NCBI GenBank assembly: GCA_045534555.1
Contig: JAZSJW010000010.1
Location: 10,533 to 74,532 of the forward strand
Length of the DNA stretch: 64,000 nt
Reading direction: 5' to 3'
Source of the DNA: Clostridia bacterium
GTDB taxonomy: Bacteria > Bacillota > Clostridia > Christensenellales > UBA1242
Shown here: positions 50,275 to 58,770 of the stretch, piece by piece
Layout of the letters: every line of letters begins with the position of its first letter
How positions within the stretch are numbered: the stretch's first letter is position 1
Translations under genes and position numbers: made by a program
The notes under the pieces: model-generated
What the model was told of the DNA's origin: nothing
The model's database searches: none
The model's input: only the letters and a program-made list of their open reading frames with translations

Positions 50275-52051
50275 TGAATTAAGAATAGGCGAAGTTTCAG
50301 AAGTTTCTGGAAAACAAATCAAAGCTGGCATTTATTATGAAAAAAACACAGAATTCTTAAATTTCAATGGAGATGTAATAAAAAATGTAAGTATAGGTAG
50401 TTTTGTTATAATTAGAAAATCATATACTAACATTGTTGGTAAGGTTGAAGGCGAGTTTATAAAAGAAAGTTCTTCTAACGATTTTACAGATTTCAAAGGA
50501 AGAAATATAAATCGAGTAATTAGTATTTCTATTTTAGGGAGCATTAAAAACAATAAATTTATACACGGATTAAACAGCTTGCCAATGGTTGGTAATTATG
50601 TATATGTGGCAACAGAACATGTTGTAAATGAAATTTTTTCAAACACAGAAAATGATAATCTTACACTCGGAAATTTAATTGGAGTTGGTGATTATCCATT
50701 TACTGTTAATTGTCAAAACCTATTATGTAGCCATATAGGAATATTTGGAAATACAGGAAGCGGGAAATCAAATACTTTAGCAAAAATATATAAGGATACT
50801 ATTGAGAAATTTTCAATCTATAACAACTTTAAAAATAATACAAAATTTGTTTTTATAGATTTTAATGGTGAATATGAAAATGTATTTGATGAATGTGATA
50901 ATTTTATATTATCTACTCGTAAAACAAAAGATAGATATCCATTATCTTTTAAAGATATTACAGATAGTGAGTTTTGGTCAATAATTTTAGAAGCCACCGA
51001 TAAAACACAAAAGCCATTTATAGAAAGAGCAATAAAAGAATTTAAGTATATTGAAAACCACCCAGAAAGTATAGACTATAAAGAATTAATTGACTTAGTA
51101 TTTAATGCCACAGAAAAATATACTGAAATTAGATTGTATTTAAAAGAATTATTTTATTTATTAGGCCTTAAAGAACATTTTTCAAACATTGAAGAACATT
51201 TACATTATAACACTAAACAAAAGTGTTTTTATACATTGACTGATGGCACTCAAAACTATGGTATAGATAAAGAAGTTATATTTGATTTGTCTTTTGGAAA
51301 TTCTGACAATCTCACAATTGATTTGACTAACTATAATAAATTTGATAAGTTTGCAATAGTGTTATATAAACAATATTGTAGGGAAATAAGCAAGGCTTTT
51401 GTAACAAAAGAACATATTGGCCCACTAATGGCAAGGTCAAGAACAAGAATTGAACAACTGGACAAAATTTTTGAGATAAAAACAAACGATAAAAAAAGGA
51501 AAACAAATATTGACATAATTTCTTTGATTGGATTAAATGTTGAAATGCGTAAAATTGTTCCATTGATTATTTGTAAAAAATACTATAATGAGAAAAAAGA
51601 ATCCAGAAAGAAAACGATAGTTTCTACTTTACATATAATTATTGATGAAGCTCACAATATTTTATCAACAACATCTATTAGAGAAAGTGAAGAATGGAAA
51701 GATTATCGTCTAGAATGTTTTGAAGAAATTATAAAGGAAGGTCGAAAATTCGGCACATTCTTAACTATTGCTAGTCAAAGACCTTCTGATATTTCTGATA
51801 CAATCATCTCCCAATTGCACAACTACTTTATTCATAGATTAGTCAATGAAGAAGATTTAAGAAAGATTTATAGAACTATATCTTTTTCCGATAAAGCGAC
51901 AAATGAAATGATTTCAATATTACCAGCTGGTGGATGTGTTTTTTCAGGATTGGCAACAAACTTTCCAATCTTAGCTCAAATAAGGAAATTAGATACAAGA
52001 CACGAACCAACTAGTCAAAATGCAAAAATTGATAATATTTGGAAAGATTAG
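50261..52051 (+). CDS. HerA/FtsK-like hexameric ATPase
   Basis: N-terminal barrel-like IGEVSEVSGKQIKAGIY, Walker A GNTGSGKSNT (nt 50747-50770), Walker B LHIIIDEAHNIL and IASQRPSDIS. ATG 50261 (GAGG upstream) or ATG 50249; either start overlaps the SIR2 stop at 50274. Confidence 0.75.
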   Translation: MKLNDELRIGEVSEVSGKQIKAGIYYEKNTEFLNFNGDVIKNVSIGSFVIIRKSYTNIVGKVEGEFIKESSSNDFTDFKGRNINRVISISILGSIKNNKFIHGLNSLPMVGNYVYVATEHVVNEIFSNTENDNLTLGNLIGVGDYPFTVNCQNLLCSHIGIFGNTGSGKSNTLAKIYKDTIEKFSIYNNFKNNTKFVFIDFNGEYENVFDECDNFILSTRKTKDRYPLSFKDITDSEFWSIILEATDKTQKPFIERAIKEFKYIENHPESIDYKELIDLVFNATEKYTEIRLYLKELFYLLGLKEHFSNIEEHLHYNTKQKCFYTLTDGTQNYGIDKEVIFDLSFGNSDNLTIDLTNYNKFDKFAIVLYKQYCREISKAFVTKEHIGPLMARSRTRIEQLDKIFEIKTNDKKRKTNIDIISLIGLNVEMRKIVPLIICKKYYNEKKESRKKTIVSTLHIIIDEAHNILSTTSIRESEEWKDYRLECFEEIIKEGRKFGTFLTIASQRPSDISDTIISQLHNYFIHRLVNEEDLRKIYRTISFSDKATNEMISILPAGGCVFSGLATNFPILAQIRKLDTRHEPTSQNAKIDNIWKD

Positions 52052-52127
52052 TGTATTTTGCAAATTAAAACTCTAATCCACCTAGCACCAATGTAGCTTT
52101 TGGTGTTAGGATTGGATAACGGTCTTC

Positions 52128-52169
52128 CCGCCAAGTGATAACAATCTGAACACTTATGTTCGGGTTGTT
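52128..52169 (+). repeat. direct repeat, right copy
   Basis: CCGCCAAGTGATAACAATCTGAACACTTATGTTCGGGTTGTT. It includes a second copy of the terminator hairpin followed by a T-run. Confidence 0.9.
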
Positions 52170-52339
52170 CTTTTTTTGCTAAAAATTATATTAACAAATA
52201 AGTTTTTTGTCGGTTGTTCTTTAATCTTCTAATCAAAACAAATGATAAATAGAAAATGCAATTATATCTCGGTTAAAATCTGTTATTGTGATAAAATTAA
52301 CTTTCTTGAAACATATTATTTTAATACTTAGATAAAAAA

Positions 52340-52370
52340 GGTCCAAAACATAATTGTTTGGACTTTTTTT
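52340..52370. terminator. bidirectional intrinsic terminator
   Basis: Stem GTCCAAA (52341-52347) / TTTGGAC (52357-52363) with an A-run before and a T-run after. The T-run overlaps the stop codon of the minus-strand gene. Confidence 0.6.
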
Positions 52371-52836
52371 ATAACCCGTTTTTTGAACGAAGATATGTTA
52401 TTCTTGTGTTTTGATTTTCTTTTATTAAATTCAATCTATTAAGCATTTGCTTTAGCTGAACTAAATCAGTTTTTATCGCAACAAACTCTTCCACAATTAA
52501 ATCTTCTGTTGCATTTTCAAAATTGGTATACTTAAAGTATTCATGAGTAAAATAGTTTCTTTTACCAAGAAGATCTTTTAACGTATTTATTTCTTCATGG
52601 CTTAAACTTTTAGATTCGTACACAGTTCCAATCATTTGACCAAAAGTCATAGTTTCCATTTTTTCTTTCAAAAATGCAGCATCATCTACTACCCTATTAT
52701 ATTCTTGAGCTGTAATTTTTGAATGTCTTCCAAACTCTTTAATAATTTCACTTTTTTCACAAATCTCGCCTAAACAAATTTCAATTTGTTGAGTAATTTC
52801 TGCAAACTTACCTATTAAACAATAAATTCTATTCAT
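52369..52836 (-). CDS. small HEPN-motif protein (HepT/DUF86-like RNxxxHxY), no partner gene
   Basis: 155 aa, all-helical composition. KRNYFTHEYF at residues 92-101 (nt 52537-52560) gives R93-x4-H98-x-Y100. Confidence 0.45.
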   Translation of the reverse strand: MNRIYCLIGKFAEITQQIEICLGEICEKSEIIKEFGRHSKITAQEYNRVVDDAAFLKEKMETMTFGQMIGTVYESKSLSHEEINTLKDLLGKRNYFTHEYFKYTNFENATEDLIVEEFVAIKTDLVQLKQMLNRLNLIKENQNTRITYLRSKNGL

Positions 52837-52924
52837 AATTCTTTTAAACCCCTTAAGTAGTAGCTATATGATAACACATCTTACAAATATCAACAAATCA
52901 AAATAAAAGGTTTTATTTTAAACA

Positions 52925-52962
52925 ATAAAAAATCCAAAACTTTAAATTTATGTTTTGGATTT
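52925..52962 (-). terminator. intrinsic terminator of secA (minus strand)
   Basis: Stem ATCCAAAAC (52932-52940) / GTTTTGGAT (52952-52960), with a T-run on the minus strand. Confidence 0.65.
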
Positions 52963-52971
52963 TATTTTTAC

Positions 52972-55641
52972 TTAATTCTTGCCACAACAGTTTTTATATT
53001 TTTTACCACTTCCACAAGGACATGGATCATTTCTTCCAACCTCTTTTTCCGTCTTTTTAATAGTTCCTTGAGGTCTATCTGCTTTAGGTGCTTTTTTTAC
53101 AGGGATATTTTCTACCCTTTCAACTCTCTTAATTCCCATTAACGCATTTGCAACATCTCTACGCATCGCAGTAATCATATCATCAAACATATCAAATCCT
53201 TCTGTTTGATAAATAGTTATAGGGTTTTTATTTCCGTATGCTCTTAAACCAACACCTTGTCTTAAATTATCCATATTATCAATATGGTCAATCCATTTTC
53301 TATCCATAATATTTAAAAGCACTTGTCTTTCTATAACACCAAAATCTACATTATGTTCTTTAGCATCTTCAACTTTTTCTTCATATCTTTTTTCTGCTAT
53401 AGCATAAATTTCTTCTGCTAGTTCTCTTGAAGAATATTTGTTTAAAGTTTTATCATTAATAAAGTTTGTTCCTGGTTCTAATAGCCTTCTCTCAAGCGCC
53501 ATATTGAAATCATCTTGATCAACCTCATCAGCTTCTTTATCGTTATCATACTCATAAACAACTTCTTGAGCAACTTCATTAATCATTGCTAAAATTTTAT
53601 CATGAACATTAGCGCCATCTAAAATTCTATTTCTTTCTTTATATACTTCTTCACGCTGACGATTAAGTACATTATCAAATTCTACAACCTGTTTTCTAAT
53701 AGAGAAGTTTCTTCCTTCAACTCTCTTTTGAGCTGTTTCTACACTTCTAGAGAAAAATTTCCAGTTAATAGAAGTATCTTCTTCAAGTTTTAGCATTTCT
53801 GCCATTTTCTTTAATCTTTCCGACCCAAAAATTCTAGCAAGATCATCATCTGCTGAAATGTAGAATACAGAATAACCCGGATCACCTTGTCGACCAGAAC
53901 GACCACGAAGCTGATTATCAATACGTCTAGATTCGTGTCTTTCTGTACCCACAATCATCAAACCACCAAGTTCAACAACTTTAACTTTTTCTTCTTTAAC
54001 TTCTTTACTAAATTCTTCAAGAAGTTTTTGATAAGTTTCTCTAGCTTCTTTTTCTTCGTCTGTATTTACAGGGAAATATGAAGAAGCTAATTCAATTATA
54101 TCTTCTTCATAGCCTTTTTTCTTCATCTCTTGTTTAGCTTTAAATTCGGCATTACCACCAAGCATAATATCTGTACCACGACCAGCCATGTTTGTTGCAA
54201 TAGTAACACTACCTAGTCTTCCTGCCTGAGCAACAATCTCTGCTTCTCTTTCGTGATTTTTTGCATTAAGAACATTGTGCGGAATTTTTAATTTTCTAAG
54301 TTCTTTAGAGATTTCTTCTGATTTTTCAACAGTAATGGTACCAACAAGTACTGGTTGACCTTTTTCATGTGCCTTTTTAACAGTTTCACAGATTGCCTTA
54401 ATTTTTGCCTCATGCGAGAAATAGAAAATATCATTCGCATCAACTCTTTGCACTGGAGTATTTGTTGGTATAATAACAACGTCTAATCCGTAAATATCTT
54501 TAAACTCACCCTCTTCTGTTTTCGCTGTACCAGTCATACCGCTGATTTTATTATACATTTTAAAGAAATTTTGAAGGGTAACAGTTGCAAGCGTTTTGTT
54601 TTCTGCATTAATTTTCACATTTTCTTTCGCTTCAATTGCCTGATGAAGACCATCAGAATACCTACGACCTACCATGATACGACCGGTAAACTCATCAACA
54701 ATTAATACCTCGCCGTTATGCACAATATAATCATTATCTCTCTTCATCATAAATCTAGCACGAATTGCATTGTTTATGTTATGGTTAATATCTGTATGCT
54801 CAACATCACTAAGATTATCAATCTTATAAAATCTTTCAGCTTTTTCGATACCGTCTTCAGTTAAGTGAATAGTCTTTTTCTTTTCATCGATATCAACATC
54901 ATTCTCTTTTAAAGTTTTAGCAAACCTACAAGCAGTTTCATATTCTTGACAACTTTCCCCTGACGGACCGGACAAAATAAGCGGAGTTCTAGCTTCATCA
55001 ATTAAAATACTATCCACCTCGTCAATGATGGCAAACTCAAGCCCTCTCATCATCATTTGATTTTTATTCATCGCCATATTATCACGAAGGTAGTCAAAAC
55101 CAAATTCACTATTTGTACCATAAGTTATATCAGCTTCATATGCTTTTTTCTTTTCTTCTAAAGGTTGATTTGCATAGACAACCCCAACCTTTAAACCTAA
55201 AAATCTATGAATTTTACCCATCCATTCCGCATCACGTTTTGCTAGATATTCGTTAACTGTTACAATATGAACAGGTTTTCCTGAAAGAGCATTTAAGTAT
55301 GCAGGAAGTGTTGATACAAGAGTTTTACCCTCACCTGTTTTCATTTCTGAAATACGTCCTTGGTGAAGAACAATACCACCTAATAATTGAACGTGGAAAT
55401 GTTTCATTTTAAGCACTCTAAAACCAGCTTCTCTTACTACTGCAAATGCATCTGGTAAAATATCGTCTAAAGTTTCGCCCTTTGACAATCTGCCTTTTAA
55501 AATTTCTGTCTGAGATTTCAACTCCTCATCAGACATCTTACTATATTTTTCATCTAAAGCTTCTATTTTAGAAGCAATTTTTTCAAGCTTCTTTATGCTT
55601 TTTTTATTATCAAATTCTGCAAAATATTTGAATAGTCCCAT
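52972..55641 (-). CDS. secA: preprotein translocase ATPase SecA
   Basis: MKTGEGKTLV, IIDEVDSILIDEARTPLILSG, TNMAGRGTDI and the C-terminal zinc motif CPCGSGKKYKNCCG. Confidence 0.97.
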   Translation of the reverse strand: MGLFKYFAEFDNKKSIKKLEKIASKIEALDEKYSKMSDEELKSQTEILKGRLSKGETLDDILPDAFAVVREAGFRVLKMKHFHVQLLGGIVLHQGRISEMKTGEGKTLVSTLPAYLNALSGKPVHIVTVNEYLAKRDAEWMGKIHRFLGLKVGVVYANQPLEEKKKAYEADITYGTNSEFGFDYLRDNMAMNKNQMMMRGLEFAIIDEVDSILIDEARTPLILSGPSGESCQEYETACRFAKTLKENDVDIDEKKKTIHLTEDGIEKAERFYKIDNLSDVEHTDINHNINNAIRARFMMKRDNDYIVHNGEVLIVDEFTGRIMVGRRYSDGLHQAIEAKENVKINAENKTLATVTLQNFFKMYNKISGMTGTAKTEEGEFKDIYGLDVVIIPTNTPVQRVDANDIFYFSHEAKIKAICETVKKAHEKGQPVLVGTITVEKSEEISKELRKLKIPHNVLNAKNHEREAEIVAQAGRLGSVTIATNMAGRGTDIMLGGNAEFKAKQEMKKKGYEEDIIELASSYFPVNTDEEKEARETYQKLLEEFSKEVKEEKVKVVELGGLMIVGTERHESRRIDNQLRGRSGRQGDPGYSVFYISADDDLARIFGSERLKKMAEMLKLEEDTSINWKFFSRSVETAQKRVEGRNFSIRKQVVEFDNVLNRQREEVYKERNRILDGANVHDKILAMINEVAQEVVYEYDNDKEADEVDQDDFNMALERRLLEPGTNFINDKTLNKYSSRELAEEIYAIAEKRYEEKVEDAKEHNVDFGVIERQVLLNIMDRKWIDHIDNMDNLRQGVGLRAYGNKNPITIYQTEGFDMFDDMITAMRRDVANALMGIKRVERVENIPVKKAPKADRPQGTIKKTEKEVGRNDPCPCGSGKKYKNCCGKN

Positions 55642-55758
55642 AATTTTCTCCTAAGCATTTATATAATATATTAATTTACTTAAAAAGTAAAGGATATTGA
55701 AAAATTCTATACTCTAAGACAATACTAATTAACGTATAATTTAAAAAATTTTGTCCTA

Positions 55759-56511
55759 TTATTGCTCTTTAAGCATATTATATTCTCTTGGTGTCTTACA
55801 AACGGTTAAAACACTTACCGTTCTTGCCCCACCCTTCATTAAAACTTTAGCACATACATTGGTTGTAGAGCCAGTTGTAGAAACATCATCAATTAATAAG
55901 ATATCTTTATTCTTTACTTTAGCTTTATTTATTAACGTGAAATTTCCCTTAATATTTTCTCTTCTTTCTTTAGCTGTCAAAGTTGATTGTTTTGTTGTGC
56001 CAGTCTTCCTTGTTAATAAATCAAATAGAGGTAATTTTGTCAATTTGCAAAACTCTTTTGCTAATTCTTCTGCCTGATTATAACCCCTTTCTTTTTGCCT
56101 ATCTTTAGGCATTGGAACATAAGTTACTGCGTTTACTGTTATATCGCTTTCTGCATAATAATCATTTAGCATATATGCAAGAGGTATCGCATACATTTTT
56201 TGACCATTATACTTAAATCTTTGAATTATTGGCGAAGATATTTCATCATAACATATTACAGACCGAGAACAATCAAAATTATATGATGTTTCTTTACAGT
56301 TTATACAAAAATCATAACCATCGCCAATTTTGTCACCACATTTAAGACAGTATTGATTTCCAATAAAGTTTAATTTATCCACACATTTTGAACACAGCCT
56401 ATAGTTATTATCCAAATCACATTCATAGTTACAACAAATACAAACATGTGGGTCAAACAAAAAATTTTCTAGTTTTTCTAACTTTTCTTTAAAATTTATT
56501 TTTCTTTTCAT
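55759..56511 (-). CDS. comFC: ComF-family protein (zinc ribbon plus phosphoribosyltransferase domain)
   Basis: N-terminal Cys pairs (CICCNYEC, CSKC, CLKCGDK, CINC) and PRTase motif ILLIDDVSTTGST. Lies downstream of secA, which is common synteny. Confidence 0.8.
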   Translation of the reverse strand: MKRKINFKEKLEKLENFLFDPHVCICCNYECDLDNNYRLCSKCVDKLNFIGNQYCLKCGDKIGDGYDFCINCKETSYNFDCSRSVICYDEISSPIIQRFKYNGQKMYAIPLAYMLNDYYAESDITVNAVTYVPMPKDRQKERGYNQAEELAKEFCKLTKLPLFDLLTRKTGTTKQSTLTAKERRENIKGNFTLINKAKVKNKDILLIDDVSTTGSTTNVCAKVLMKGGARTVSVLTVCKTPREYNMLKEQ

Positions 56512-56584
56512 GTATCTATTATACTAAAAACACAATCATTTTAAAAGCATATTGAAATAAAAATAAAATTCCTACCAACAATAT

Positions 56585-56613
56585 TTGACAAAATATACTT
56601 CTCTTATCATAAT
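56585..56613 (+). promoter_or_regulatory. sigma-70-type promoter candidate
   Basis: TTGACA (56585-56590), a 17-nt spacer, then CATAAT (56608-56613). The ORF-track TTG start is this -35 hexamer. Confidence 0.45.
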
Positions 56614-56632
56614 ATACTCAAGGAGAAAAAGT

Positions 56633-57181
56633 ATGAGTAAAAATAAAATTATTGCCGTTGTTGGTATGTGTGGAAGCGGAAAATCTGTTGCTGTTGATGA
56701 ATTTACAAAAAGAGGTTGGAAAAAAATATATTTTGGTGAAGCAACATTTATTAAAATGAAAGAGCTTGGACTTGAAATTAACGAAGAAAACGAAAGAAAA
56801 ACCCGTGAAATGCTAAGGGCCAGCGGAGACAAAGGTATTTATGCAAAAATATTCTTACCTGAAATTGAAAAAAGTTATAAAAAAGGTAATGTTGTAATAG
56901 AAAGTTTATATTCATGGAGTGAATATAAAATTGTAAAAGAAAGATTTGGTGATGCTTTTGAAGTCCTCTGCATAGCAACAGATGCCCCTCTTAGAAGAGA
57001 AAGGCTAAAAACCAGAGATTTTAGGCCTATGGACGAAAAAACTTCCATGGCTCGTGATTACTCAGAAATTGAAAATATAGAAAAAGGTGGCCCTATCGGA
57101 ATTGCAGACCACTATATTTTAAATAATGGAACAGTTGAAGAATTTCAAAAAGAAGTTATTAATTATATTAACTCTAAATAA
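56633..57181 (+). CDS. P-loop nucleotide/nucleoside kinase-like protein (dephospho-CoA-kinase-related fold)
   Basis: ATG 56633 has an AAGGAG RBS. Walker A VVGMCGSGKS lies at the extreme N-terminus and the ~180-aa size is typical of small NMP-type kinases. Confidence 0.5.
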   Translation: MSKNKIIAVVGMCGSGKSVAVDEFTKRGWKKIYFGEATFIKMKELGLEINEENERKTREMLRASGDKGIYAKIFLPEIEKSYKKGNVVIESLYSWSEYKIVKERFGDAFEVLCIATDAPLRRERLKTRDFRPMDEKTSMARDYSEIENIEKGGPIGIADHYILNNGTVEEFQKEVINYINSK

Positions 57182-57186
57182 TAAAA

Positions 57187-57212
57187 AACACGGAAAATTT
57201 CCGTGTTTTTAT
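57187..57212. terminator. bidirectional intrinsic terminator
   Basis: Stem CACGGA / TCCGTG (AACACGGAAAATTTCCGTGTT) with flanking A- and T-runs. Confidence 0.65.
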
Positions 57213-57256
57213 TTTAACATTCTGGCTCTTCCTTATATTAGAAACGACCTTATGTC

Positions 57257-58624
57257 TTAAAAGAACTTTCTAATTAATTTTGTTTTTAATTTTCCATAAG
57301 GGCGATAACGAACAAACAAATCAAATTTTGAACCCTTTTTAACAACAGTTTTATGATGAGAAAAAGTTTCAAAACCACGTTTCCCGTGATATGCACCCAT
57401 TCCGCTTTCTCCAACACCACCAAAAGGAAGCGTTGGTGCTGAAAGATGAAGAATTGTATCGTTAATACAACCGCCACCAAACTGAACATTACTTAAGAAA
57501 AATTCTTCTACATCTTTATCTTTAGTAAAACAATAAAATGCAAGTGGCGTATCATTTCTTCTAATAATTTCTAGAGCTTCTTGCTTTGTTTTATATGATA
57601 CTACTGGAAGAAGAGGTGCAAATATTTCCTCTTTCATTATTAAAGAATTTAGATCGGGTTCTTCTATAATAGTAGGCTCAAGTTTAAGAGTTTCTTCATC
57701 AAATTTTCCACCATGAACAATATTTTGCCCCTGCATTTTCTCAATTGCAGCATCAAAATGCTTCTTTGAAATTAATTTACCATATGTTTCATCTTGCAAA
57801 GGATTATCACCATATTGTAACTTTAATTCCACTAAAAGAGCCCTAAGCAATAGTGGTTTTACACTTTCATGGATCAAAACATAATCCGGAGCAACACAAG
57901 TTTGACCACAATTTAGAAATTTACCAAAAACAATTCGCTTTGCGGCTAAAGAAATATTTGCCGACTTATCTACAATACAAGGACTTTTTCCACCTAATTC
58001 AAGAGTAACTGGTGTATAATTTTTTTCAGCATTTTGAAGAACAACCCTACCAACATTTTTACTCCCCGTAAAGAATATGTGGTCGTATTTATATGTCAAC
58101 AAGTCTTCATTTACTTCCCTACCACCCGTAACAACTTTTACGAAATTTGGTTCGAATGTGCTTGAAATTATATCCTCAATTAATTTGCTTGTTGCTTTTG
58201 AATAAGCAGACGGTTTAACTACTACAGTATTACCTGCCGCAATCGCATCAACAAGAGGTTCCATTGTTAACATAAAAGGATAATTCCATGGGCTCATTAT
58301 TAATACCACACCTTTTGGACCTGGAATTATAAAACTCTTACCCGGGAAATTAGCAATACCACCTTTCACTTTTTTAGGTCTTGAAAGTTTTCTTAAGTTT
58401 TTAAGCATATAATTTATTTCTGCTAAAACTAAAGAAACTTCACACATATAGCCCTCGATTTCGCTTTTGCCTAAATCTTCTTTAAGTGCTTCAAGTATTT
58501 TATTTTCATTATTTAATATTGTTTGTTTTAAAAGTTTTAATTGCCTTTTTCTAAATTTTAAACTTTTAGTTTCGTTAGACAAAAAATATTTTCTTTGTAT
58601 ATCTATTATTTCTGATGTTTTCAT
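57257..58624 (-). CDS. NAD(P)-dependent aldehyde dehydrogenase (class-3-like)
   Basis: ELGGKSP, catalytic Cys in NCGQTCVAPDY, EEIFAPLLP and FGGVGESGMGAYHG. Confidence 0.85.
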   Translation of the reverse strand: MKTSEIIDIQRKYFLSNETKSLKFRKRQLKLLKQTILNNENKILEALKEDLGKSEIEGYMCEVSLVLAEINYMLKNLRKLSRPKKVKGGIANFPGKSFIIPGPKGVVLIMSPWNYPFMLTMEPLVDAIAAGNTVVVKPSAYSKATSKLIEDIISSTFEPNFVKVVTGGREVNEDLLTYKYDHIFFTGSKNVGRVVLQNAEKNYTPVTLELGGKSPCIVDKSANISLAAKRIVFGKFLNCGQTCVAPDYVLIHESVKPLLLRALLVELKLQYGDNPLQDETYGKLISKKHFDAAIEKMQGQNIVHGGKFDEETLKLEPTIIEEPDLNSLIMKEEIFAPLLPVVSYKTKQEALEIIRRNDTPLAFYCFTKDKDVEEFFLSNVQFGGGCINDTILHLSAPTLPFGGVGESGMGAYHGKRGFETFSHHKTVVKKGSKFDLFVRYRPYGKLKTKLIRKFF

Positions 58625-58723
58625 GTTTTTTTTCTCCCAACTTACATTGTTAATATTTTACTATATTTTATGTTATCCTATCAACAAATTTTGTTCTTAA
58701 ATTTAAAATTAACGTTTTTACTA

Positions 58724-58752
58724 TTGACTATAATTGTTTTAAATTGTAGAAT
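58724..58752 (+). promoter_or_regulatory. sigma-70-type promoter candidate for the two-HEPN-motif gene
   Basis: TTGACT (58724-58729), a 17-nt spacer, then TAGAAT (58747-58752). An AGGAG RBS lies 6 nt before ATG 58771. Confidence 0.45.
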
Positions 58753-58770
58753 AATTCACAGGAGAAAACT

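Larger units (their letters stand above)
48025..52169 (+). mobile_element. tRNA-Ser-associated genomic islet (no integrase) carrying a SIR2-HerA-type module
   Basis: Bounded by the 42-bp direct repeats 48025..48066 and 52128..52169. The three cargo ORFs are all on the plus strand. No recombinase-like ORF appears in any frame. Confidence 0.7.

Noticed and set aside
52081-52110. An 11-bp-stem hairpin (CCTAGCACCAA / TTGGTGTTAGG) just inside the right islet repeat, considered as a tRNA fragment or terminal inverted repeat.
   Set aside because: It shows no similarity to the tRNA-Ser body and has no matching inverted copy at the left end beyond a ~10-nt chance-level match. It is reported only as part of the islet finding.
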